From the NCBI GenBank assembly GCA_040753675.1, contig JBFMEB010000008.1, positions 6,736 to 70,735 of the forward strand: a stretch of 64,000 bases of DNA, written 5' to 3'. The notes under the pieces were generated by a model, which was given only the letters and a program-made list of their open reading frames with translations, searched no databases and was not told the origin of the DNA. Within the stretch, counting starts at the first letter, position 1. Each line of letters opens with the position of its first letter. Source of the stretch: Candidatus Omnitrophota bacterium. GTDB lineage: Bacteria; Omnitrophota; Gorgyraeia; JAHJTE01. This document shows, piece after piece, positions 1 to 12,000 of this stretch. The translations under genes and the position numbers were made by a program.

Positions 1-1
1 A

Positions 2-3000
2 AACGATTGGGCGGCAGCAGTCAAAGTTGATATAGCTGTAAATGTGGGAGGTAAAATTGAAGGTCCTCACCCGACCCTTACTGTTATTACTTCCAGAAAG
101 AATGGCCCCGAAGGGCTCTTAGATTATCTGGCTATTCTTGAGCAGGTTTTATTAAATGCTGATACATCATTTGAAACTGCATTTTCTCAAGAAGCAAGGG
201 ATAACAATAATCTCACTAAGGCAGTTTCAGTTGAGTGGTATGGGGATGATTATCCCGAGAATCAGACTACTGTATACGAAAACACAAGAAATATCGAAGC
301 ATACATTATGCTAAGGTTGAATAAGCGAGTAGCGCAGCCGCAGAAACAACTCTTGATGCGCGTATGGGGCAATTTATTGGATAATCCGCATTCATGGTTT
401 GAGATTCCTATGAAGATAGTGAATGATTATCAAAATGGTAGTTATCGCTTTAGAGGCATTTTGCCTCAGTTCTTTTCAGGTACATTTACTTACAGGTGTT
501 CACTCGATGGTGGTAGAACTTGGTTCTGGTTGAATAAGGGGCCTCAGGACAATAGGGTAATTATCAATAAGCTTGAGCCATCAGCAGAGTTAAGTGAAAG
601 AGAAACATTTATTCAATTTGCGCCACCTCGCACATCTCTAAGAAGTATGACTGAACAAGCACCAGACACAGAGCAATTCTACTATAGTAATAAGGATAGA
701 GGAGACGTTGCGAGGTTTACTCAAAATATTGCTGGAGATAAACGCTTTGTATACTATTTTGCCAGAGCACAGGTTAGCCAGGCAGAAGGCGAAGAAAATA
801 GGGTAATTTTTGCAGATTATATTGAGGGCAAAGACAAAAGGTTAGGTGGCTCAATCGCAATATACTTTACTAAAAAAGATATGACCATAACTATTGAGAT
901 GAATGGCGCAATGCAAAGTGAAACGGTAATATCAGATGACGCAGAAGAAGAGACGCGTGGCGAGCGAGGTTGGGATAGAGCCAAAATAGTAGTCTTTTTA
1001 GATGATGATTATACAGTGCGTAGCGTTGAGCATCTCAGGAGTTCTATGGGCCTGTCGCGGATTGCAATTTCGATATTATTGACTGATGCCGGTATCCCTC
1101 GTCTATTACCAGAATTATATAGCATTTTAAAAAGACAATTATCCCTATCAGATGTTGATGATCTATTGCGCCACGTTGAAAAAATAGATAATCAAATAGC
1201 ACCTCTAAGTTTGATTTCTCATATTAATGGCCTGCTTGCCTCTAAAAAAACGCAGGATATCACAGATGAAGATATTCTAAGAGTCAGAGACTTAATATAC
1301 TGCAAGAGCTGGATTATAAGAAGAATCACGTTAAAATGCCTATATAATTTAGTAAAGCATAATAGGTTCTCGGCTGAAGAGTTAGAAGAGCTAAGAGATT
1401 TTTCATTACGGAGTAATATTGCCGAAGATTTACATATATTCAGAAGAATGTTCATAGAAGACCCCCAGAGCATCGTCGATACGATTAATTCATTGTTTAA
1501 AATCCAGATAAACAGTCAAGACTTGGCACATGCTTATATACGCTGGTTTGGTGCAGGGCAAAATAAGAATATTTATAGGGCCACTATATTTTTACGCTCC
1601 GGCAAAGAATTCAGTATTGCCTTATCTACAATCAGGCATGATCCTATCGGAGAAGGCTTTGATAGAAAAAGAATTGATGAAGCTACAGAATTTTGGCGAG
1701 AATTATCTAATAATAATTGTCCTCAACTTTGCAAGTTTGGTATGTCGTTATGGGCCGAAGACTATAGGCCGCGCATAGCAGATAAACCTATTTTGCCTAC
1801 GCTAAAGAGGCAGGCATACGATACGAGCCGTTTGATTAGTAATGATGTACAAGTCGTATTGCGAGAGTTTGTAGAAGGTCATGACTTACAGCAGAGTGTA
1901 GATGAAGAGAATATTTCTCCGGAGGAGAAGCGAAAGGCAGTATCAACTTGTGTAAGACTAGTTAAAGGTCTTTGGAAATTTTCCTCCCAGCAGTTTTATA
2001 TAAGTGATTATAAACCAGCTAATATTGTATTGACCAAAGACGCAGAGGGGCAATTTGTAGCCAAGATAGTTGATTTAGATATACTGAGGGCAAACGGAGA
2101 GATTTCTGATTTGCTAGATTCTATGGAAAGCTATTCCTGTTATAAAGAATATCTTGCCGGATTAAAAGAATCGCTTGAATCAAGGCATAGCATCACTGGC
2201 GTTACTGCTAGAGAGCCCATAGATGCCTCGAGTCGCGGAAACAGCCGCGAAGGAGTTACTGCACTCATCAGCCAATTTGGCGGCATTGAGGCAATCATCC
2301 AGCAATTTGGCAGTTTAACAATTCAACAGATTAAGGAATTATATCAGATACCAGAATCAGACTTAACTCGTTTAGTTAATTTAGGTGTGCAGTTTACCCG
2401 TGGCCCTCCTGAACTTGGCGTTGCAAATCACTTCCAAGAAAATACTATTTACATTTTAATTCCTGTAAACGCAACTCTCCAAGAAGTCTCTCATGAAATA
2501 TTCGCAGTTCTTAATCCAGAAGTAACCCACCAGCAGAACCCCATCCGCCTTGCCATCAACAATCCTGGTCCTTCTGAATTTGAAATAATCCGCCAATACT
2601 TGAAAGGCAACTTATCCAGCATACAGCTTGTAAATGTAAACGGCGTATCACCTGCTAATCTGCATTACTTATTAACCAAGGACTTGGCAGCAGAGCCAAG
2701 CTTTAGACAATGGTTTAACCAGAATATCTTTGCTACTTCTTCTGGCTTAGCCAGTAAGGATACCTCTGGCAAAGAAGTTGAGCTCTTATCTGTAACTGAG
2801 ATTATTGAGACCAAAGACCTTCCCTGGAAGTCCTTGGATGTTGATGTAGTCTTAGAAGCTCAAGAGGTAAAACTTGCACCTGTGCATATAAACCAAGGCG
2901 CAAAGAGGGTCTTAGTAAATCATCCTTCAATCCTTGCAGTAAGTGCTTTAAGGCAAGTAGTCTTGAGTCTGCCCCAGGATAAGATTATTGCTGTTGAATT

Positions 3001-6000
3001 TACAGATATCCAGCCGCCTACTAATTTACAGCGCGGCTTAGACAATTCTGGTCCTGACCCAGTCTTAATGAGAGCAATGCGTATTAACGTTAGCTCTTGC
3101 TTTAGCCAGGATGTAAAACAGGTCCTTAGCCAGCTTATTCCCCAGTTAGCTCAAATTACCCAAGGCCGCATCCACTTTAGTCCTCAGGCTCAAGGTAGTC
3201 TCTTAGATATACACATAATCTTGAAAGAGGATACTGACATAAAGACCATTAATCAGTTGTTTAAACAAGCTTCTCTGACTAGCTTAAAAGATAGACTCAT
3301 CTACTCTGAGGATAATTCTATAGTCTCATCTGATTTAGCTGCAGAGCCAAAACTCATTTACTTATCCCGCTCTACCAAGGTCACTGGCAAGAGAATAGTC
3401 CACTTACAAGTCTGGCACAATGAGCATACTGGGTTTAGCTTAACCCAATTACCAGAGGTTTTATCTCTCTTGCAAACAAAAACTCCTGGCACTATTATCA
3501 GTTCAAAAGATTTATCAGCTATCCCAACTAAACTCGAACAACTCCTTAGCTGGGTTAGGACTCAAAGGCAAGATTTATCTATTAGTTCTGGTACCTCATC
3601 TTACTTACCTCATCCTACTCGCAAACTTCCTAAGATATTGCCGGATGATATCAGGGCAATTGTAGGCATTAATGGCCCAGGCAGAACTGGCCGCACTATT
3701 TGTTGGGCAATGGCTGGCAATCCTAACATTGACCTGCGTATGATCAACGGCGCATCCAGTGCCTTTGTCTTGATGTGGTTATTAGCAGAAGATACTGTGC
3801 AAGCCTCAACCCATAAGCCAGTAGCCAGACTCATCATTACCTATACTCAACTAAAAAGAGAATTAAACACCTTATTAGTAAACTATTCATACGAAGAAGT
3901 CCAGACCATGTTAGAAGGACTGATTAGTTCAAGTAGGCTCTTGGTATTAGAAGAAGATGAGTTTAATAAAGCCTTATCCAAGCTCTTAACTACCTGGGCT
4001 AATCAAAACCCAGAACAGGGAGTGAGTAAACTAAAAGCCTCTCTAATCGCAATATTAGACCTCTCTGGTAAAAAACTCCTCTTAACCAACGAACGAAAAG
4101 CAGTAAGCGAACTTGCCTGGAACCAGGCTGGTATAAACATTATCTTAGAATGTACTGGTGATTTAAAGAATGCAGATGAGGCAAGCCAGCATTTAACTAA
4201 CATCCCAGGCGGCAAGGTCATTATCTCAGCTCCAGCTGAAGGCGCTGGCCAGTCAGTAGTCCTGCCCATAATATTACCTTCTAAGGCAGCCAGGATTGTT
4301 GACAATGCCTCTTGCACTACTAATTGCTTAGTTCCTGCTACTTATGTTTTAGATAGAGAATTTGGAGTTATTGCTCAAGAGATACTTACTGACCATGCCT
4401 ATACCACTGACCAGGTGTTTGGCAAACATGCTCCTCATAAAAAAGAGCCCACCCGAGGAAGAGATGGAGGGATTAACATCCTGCCTGGCTCAACTGGAGC
4501 AGCCACAGCAGCAGCTAAGATTATTACGAGCTTAATTGGCAAATCTGATGGCTGGGCAGTAAGAGCTCCAGTAGTTACTGGAAGCGTGGTAGTTATTACT
4601 GCTGTGCTTAAAGGCAAGGTTAGCCGAGAAGATATACAACATGCCTTAAGAAAAGCCAGTCTTACCTACTTAAAAGGCGTACTTGGCTACACTGTTAATC
4701 CTATTACCTCAAGCAGCCTTATTGGTAATCCAGCTTCCAGCATTGCTGATGGTAATTCTATTCAAGTGATTAACTATGATGAAGAACTTAATCAGACCAT
4801 AGTAAGACTTGAGACCTGGTACGATAACGAAACTGGCTTCTCTACCAGAATGGTTGACCATGCAGTGTATGTTGCAGGCCTAATGCAATTACCCGGAAGA
4901 GTCATTGCTGACATAGGTCCTGATACAATTGAATTATTTAGGAAACATCTACAAGATAATCTATCTACAGAAGGCACTATTCTCTGGAACGGTCCATTAG
5001 GCGTAGTTGAGGTTCCTGTTACAGCCAAAGGCACAGAGGCAATAGCCGATACAATTGCAGGCCTACCTGCAAGTATTACCAAGGTCATTGGTGGTGGAGA
5101 CACCTTAAAGACCTTACCTGATTCTATCCGAAGACAGATGACCCACGTCTCAACTGGTGGAGGTGCATTCTTAGAGGCATTCCAATTCGGCGTTGAAAAC
5201 CTTCCTGGCTTAAAGGCATTAGTTGACCCAGAGACTAAACAATTCAGCCAATTAGATGAGCTGTTAGCTAAATTAAAAGATGGCGATAGCGTCTTAATCC
5301 GTGCTGACTTTAACGTGCCGTTAGATTCCCAGCTCAATGTCACTGATAATACCCGCATTGTTGAGGCCTTAGCTACTATCAGGGATATATTAAATACTAA
5401 AAAGGTAAAGGTGATACTCTTAACCCATCTTGGCAGACCCAATGGCAAGTATGATCCTAAACTTACTACTACTCCCATATATGAGGAATTATTAAGACTC
5501 TTACCTGAATATAAAATACATAAGGTAAATGACTGCGTTGGTGAACCAGTAAGACAATTTATTAAAGATACCTTAGCCCCCGGCGAGATTCTATTGTTGG
5601 AAAACTCCCGCTTCAGATTAGCTGAAGAGCTTAACTCTGATAGCTTCTCTCAAGAATTAGCTAACTTGGCTACTTATTATGTCAATGATGCCTTTGCAGT
5701 AAACCACAGGGCACATAGCTCTAACGTAGGGGTGACTAAATTCTTGAAGTTCGGCCATAAGTTTGCTGGCCGCCTCTTGGAAAAAGAATACCTCCACCTC
5801 AAAGCCCTTTGTGAAAACCCCACTCAACCTCTCATCGTGCTCCTGGCAGGCGGCAAGGTTGCTGACAAGATGCCTATTATCAATGCAGTTAAGGATAAGG
5901 CAATACTCTTCTTAATTGCTGGCAAGATGTCAGTTGCCTTCTTAGAAGCAAAAGGAATTAAAGTAGGCGATTCTTATCCGGATAAGCAAGATGTGGAATT

Positions 6001-9000
6001 AGCTGCTAAGCTCTTAGCTGACCCAACCTTAGCTCAGAAGATCATCCTGCCTATTGACTACACTGTAGTCACCGATGTCTCCACAGGAAAAGATGCCACA
6101 CTAGAGAAAGGAGATGTTCTTCCTACTGATACCTCTGTATTCGAAGCAGCATTTAGAGACTACTTGACTTATTATGTCCCTGACCAGACTCAGGAGGCAA
6201 AGGCAAGAGAACCAAGAGACGCCTCTGCTGAAGGCAAAACTCGCGAAGAAGTTACTACACTCATCAGCCAATTCGGCGGCATCCAGGCACTCATCAACCA
6301 ATTCGGCAGTTTAACAATTCAACAGATTAAGGAATTATATCAGATACCAGAATCAGACTTAACCGGCTTAATTGATTTAGGCGTGCAGTTTATTCGAGGC
6401 CCTCCTGAGCTTGGAGTTGCCAACCATGTTGAAAACTCCCTTACCTATATTATCATCCCTGAAACCGCCACTTCCAAAGAAGTCTCTCACGAAATAAATG
6501 CAGTCTTAAATCCCGAGCTTACTCATGAAGAAAATCCAATCCGCCTAAGTATATCTCTTTACGGACCTCATCCTTCACAAGAAGGGCTAAGGCTCTTATA
6601 TGAGAAGGTAGCAGGAGCACGTCAACAAAAACCAGCTGACTTTAGAATCAGAAGTCTCTATGCCTTCCCGGTTCAAAAACATGGCGCCACCCCTTCTGAT
6701 GCAATAAGTTTTGGTTGTGTTTTAGAAAGCGGCCCAATATTAGAACAGGCAGGAGTAATGGGAGGTATCTCAGCTGGCGAGGCAGAACCCGGAACACACG
6801 AGAGTATAAATGCTGCAATTAAATTCTTTAACGAATATGTAGCCAAAGAATTCATTGGCTTAAATGTCGCAGACCCAGAGAAAATAACTAAAAAAATTAT
6901 TGAATTAGACGATAAGTTTAAGGCTCAAGCTGAAAACAAAGATAAACCTCGTTTCTCTTACATTGGCTCTGAGATTTCAGTTGGTATCTCGATGATTGTC
7001 TCAATTGCCTTTGCTGAGAGATTAGGCGTTCCTTTGGAAATAGTTTTAAATTATCGTTACAATGAATATGCCCTAACCCATAATTTAGCTACAGGACTAA
7101 AGCCTATAACTATTCCAGTAAATTATTCAGTTGTCTGGGAAGGGGGAAAACACGGTGCAGCCAAATTCTTACCAGAATTAGTAGAAGCAGGCATTATTAA
7201 AGATGACAGCCGCTTCCCAAAGGAATTCAAAGACCCTGGGAGAATCGCAAAAGGCGATAAATCCGTTATGCTGGCAATGGTCCCGCCACAAGAGACCCAG
7301 GTCATTGTCTTTGCTCCTACCTGGAGACAGGCTCGTGATATAGGAATTAAGCTTACCAAAAAATATCAGGCCTTACTTAAGGAAAACGGAATTAATATAG
7401 AATATGGCGCTGAATCTGGCCGAACTACTAAACAAGTCTACACCAAAGATAAACGGCTTATTACCTTAGAATTAGTCTTAGATATTTTAGAAGATGCAGT
7501 AAATTCCCTGCCAGAAGAAGAGCAAAGATTTGTGCGCTATGCCTTAGACATTGCCTCTTCTGAAATGTATATACCAGAGATTGATATGTATTACATTGGT
7601 CCTTCTTCTGCCGGCAATGATAGCGGCTTAGTTACAAATGAAGAATTTACTAAATATAAATTAGAACTATTTAAGAGATATCCGCGCTTCATCTCCTGCG
7701 AAGACTGGGCAGATGAAAATAAAATAGAGCACTGGGAATCTGCTAAAGCCATAATGCCGACAATGATTCAGATGAGTGATGATAATGTGGTCTCAAATGC
7801 TCTCCTCATCAGGAAGTTTACCCAGGCAGGAGTAATGAATGCCCATTTACAAAAAGCTAATCAGTCAGCAGAAGAATTGGCTATGATTGAGGCAGTTGCT
7901 ACGAGCCACTTCTTAAATAATGTAGTTATCTTCTCTCACCGCGGCACTCGTCCAGAACTTGAGACATACACTGCAATTTCGGCTATAGCTATGGGTGCAT
8001 TTGCTGGCAAATGGACCTTATGGGGACCTGGAAGAGGTGCTTTAATTGCAGTTATGAATCAGGTAGATGAACTATATAACCAAGGTCCTTATAAAAATGT
8101 TACCGTTACTTATCAAGGCGGCCTTGTTTTAGATCCAAACGGCCCCTATAAAGATTATGGCTGGGCAAAGAGATTGAGAGAAGAGATTGGCTCTGCGGTT
8201 TATAAAAGGCGGCATATTTTAAAGCAACTTTTCAACAATAAGGTGGCTTCTAAAATAATTTATGTGGTGCTTAAAGGCGCAAGAGAAGAACTTGAAGGAG
8301 TTGCTCATCCTAATTTAGATAATATAGCAAAGCAATCTGCTTTAGGATTGATAAATATCGTTGGCGACCAAGGCAATACTCTTAATTTAGTTTTAGAAGA
8401 AGCTGCTAACCTGGGGATGGATGTTATTTCTTTTGCTGGAAAGAATTTGACTGAGCAAATCGAAGGATTAGAGACAAACATTCCAAATCATAATTTCTTC
8501 TCTTTAGAAATAGATAGCAGAGATGTAGGTAGTTTCGATGGTTTTATCCCGCAAATCCTCAGTATGATGAATTTTGAAAATGCCTATACATTGGTTATTA
8601 CTACAGACTCTTTTGACATCGCTCCAATTTTAATTTATTCCAAAAATAGCAGACAATATAAAGGTATAGATAGATTTACACAAGAACAGGCAAGAGAGGG
8701 AAGTTTAGGTGTCATATCAGGCCAGGATATTTTATCTTTGACACTTGGCCATGCGGGTAGATTGGATAAAGTAGATGGCCCGGTTGATACTGGCGATAAA
8801 AATGAGCCTTTTGTCGAAACAGTTCCTGGGTTAACTTATACAAGGAGTCCTTCTAAGATTGTTTTCTTGGTGATGGACGGATTAGGGGATGTGCCTTTTG
8901 ACGCTGATACAGCATTAGAAAAAGCTCATCATCCTAATTTAGATACTTTGGTAAAACAATCTTCTGTCGGATTAGTAGATATTTCTTCCCTGCCAGGCGT

Positions 9001-12000
9001 TACTCCGGGTTCAGGCCCGGGTCACGCTGCCATCTTTGGTTATAACATATTTAACTTTTTAGGAAGAGGCCCAGTAGATGCTTTAGGAGCAGGCCTTAAA
9101 GTAGGGCCTGGCAATGTTGTAGCCAGAGCTAATCTTGCCACGCTAAGAGATGGAAAAGTTGTTGATAGAAGAGCAGGCAGGCCTAAGACAGAGCAAACAG
9201 CAGAAATTGTTAAAAAATATCTTTCTGGCATAGAGATTAACGGAGTAAGGTTTAATTTTTATGCAACCCAAGAATATCGTATGGCGCTAATTATTGAAGG
9301 AGAGGATTTATATCCAGATGTTACAGACACTGATTCAGGAATGGGAGGAGTAGCTCCTTGGCCGGCTCAGGCACGTTCAGAAAAGGGAGTCAAGTTAGCT
9401 GGTTTAATAAATAAACTAACACCAGAGATAAATAGAAGATTAGCTGACAATGAAATTTTACCAGCAGCAAATACAGTATTGCTTAGGGCATTTGATATTT
9501 TAAAACCATTTCCTACTTTGAAAGAACTCTACGGCCTAACAGCTGGTGCAATCTGCACTCACGCTGCTTATAAAGGTATAGCTACTCTAATAGGAATGGA
9601 TGTTATTTCTTTTGCTGGCCAAAGTATTCCAGAACAAATTGAAGCGTTAAGAGCAAACGTCTCAAAATATGACTTTATATATTTTCATATCAAAAAGACA
9701 GATAGCTATGGGGAGGACGGAAATTTTGAGGCAAAGGTTAAGGTAATTGAAGAACTCGATAGCTTTATACCAACGATTCTTGAGATGCTTGATTTAGAAA
9801 GAAGCGATACTTTAGTCCTGACAGCAGACCATAGCACCCCTGCACGGATAAAGGCGCATTCTTTCCATCCTGTCCCTGTGCTTATATATTCTAATAGAAG
9901 CAAACCATCACCCGGCGTAGAAACATTCACTGAGCAAGAGTCCGAAAAGGGAAGTTTAGGCAGAATACCAGCCAAGGTTATTATGCCTTTGACGTTATGG
10001 CACGCTGGTAAGGCGGAGAACTCAGGGCGCTCTGGAGGTTCTCAAAATATATTCTTTAGCATCGTCTCTGGCATTGGATTGGTAACTCCATCTGGCCTCT
10101 CCCTTGAATTAGATTCAATCTCGTATCTATTAATGGCTGGATTATTATTCGTAGGCTTATTGACTCACATTCCAGTTATTGAAGTGCTACGTGCGCATCT
10201 GGAAGAATTGATTTATGCAAAATCAAAGATGCCCTTCTATTATTCTTCTGAGCCGGAAAGGGAAAATCTCTTTATTGGCGTAGATGGCAAAAGAATATTG
10301 ACCAATCAGGATTTTGGAATATTGCTTAACAATTTGCAACTTCTCATAGGTTTTGTCAAAGAATGGCGCGATGGTTCTAAAGATATGCCATTTGCTGATT
10401 ACATAAAAGGCAAAATAGGCGCAGGGTCGCTGAAAGTTGAAATACAAAAAGAGCAAGGCCGTCAGCTAAACTTTAGAATCGGTGATGCCGTTGATATAGC
10501 GATGGATATCGCCACATTGGAGATTATCAATCAAAAGGGCTTGTCATTTTTACCAAGGTCTCAACATTATGCATCGATAGCAAGAGCGCGTTATAGACAT
10601 GAGATGGGAACTGAGGTCTTAATGGACGGCGAAGCCAATATGGGACTGGATACCTTTATTAGCTGGGAAAGAATAATTGAAGATAATATTGACAAAATTT
10701 CCAAAGCAGAAAGTACATTGCAAAAACTAAATTATGTTGGCGAAGACCAAAGTTTTGAAATCAAACTTGATGAAGAGAAAAATGTTGGAGAAGATGAAGA
10801 AATAGCCAAGATTGATGAGCAGCTGTGGCTACAAGATACCTTCTTTACTCTAGATGACCATCAAAACGTAGTGAATTGGCTCAACGGCCTTTATTATAGT
10901 GCTTTTGGCAGTGACGCCTTTGGAAGATTAGATAAACGGGGGACTTTGGAAGAGGCAAATGCGAAACAAAGTGCCCAGGACCTGCATGAACAATTACGTC
11001 AATTAGAAAAAGATGGCAATCTGCCAATGGGTGAGATGGTCGTTCATGAATGGGGTGCTGGCGACGGATTTTCAGCTGCAGTCTTTCTAGATATGATGCA
11101 CCAACTCGACGGGCAACACGGGACAAATTATTATGGAAGGTCAGCATATTATTTGATTGATTATTCCCAAAGAGTTGTTGAAGATTTTGCAGATAAACCT
11201 TATTTATTACCCCACAGACAAGTCATACGATTTATTCAAGCCGATGCCTTAGAGGCCAATGACAGCCTGCCCAAAGCCATTCTCATTAGGGCCAATCTTT
11301 TATTGAATTCTCTGCCTCGAAAGCTGATTAGGATAAGTGGCAGGCGGGGTGATGACATCCAAGAGGTGACGACTCGTGCTTATTTGAATCTTGGGCCTGA
11401 GGAAGAAATCGCGGACTTATCAGGTAAGCGCTACTTGATACCAGAATTAAAACGAATTATTTTAGAAGGCGATGTTGAGGCGCTTAGGAAATTAGGCATA
11501 AACTTTTTCAATCGTATCCAATGGAAGACCAAATACGAGAAAATAGATACTCATTACTACCCTTACAGAGAATATTTAGAGACTCTAGATGACTTAGGTC
11601 CGCGACGATGGGAACCATTTAGAGGAATGGTGACTCTTGAGTTAGGCACCCTATTCTTTTTGCAGCATAGAGTTAATAATCTCAGTAGGGAAGGTAAGAT
11701 ACAAATTAGTGATGCCGGTGTTAGTCCGTTTGATCTTCGGGAAAGTTCGAGCAATAATTTGGGAAAAATATTTAGATTCTACGGAGCGATATATTCCCCG
11801 GTTAATTATCACTTTCTGAAATTTAGCTTAGGGTTATCAATTTCGCTGGGAGTTGTTCACCAAGTCGACTTTGGCTTTGAATTCGTAGAAAGAAGAATCA
11901 AATTATGCAATGTCCTTAATGTTCTACAGGATTTTTCAACTTTTAAGAAGCTTTTCGGCTCTCCCTTTGCAAAGCCGGAAGTTTTGCAGTTAGCCTCAGA

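Noticed and set aside
3610-5478. Minus-strand track ORFs overlapping the GAPDH/PGK region (3610..3837, 4003..4317, 4435..4617, 4792..5478 at 228 aa)
   Set aside because: Translations are S/L/T/P-rich low-complexity strings with no motifs. They are the usual open antisense frame opposite a real coding region. The + strand frame 2 here encodes unmistakable GAPDH and PGK.
3650-10020. Reading the glycolytic region as an ordinary operon of separate gap-pgk-eno-gpm genes
   Set aside because: Checked every junction line by line. There is no stop codon, no SD/ATG pair and no frame change between the domains, and the flanking sequence stays in the same frame for tens of kb.
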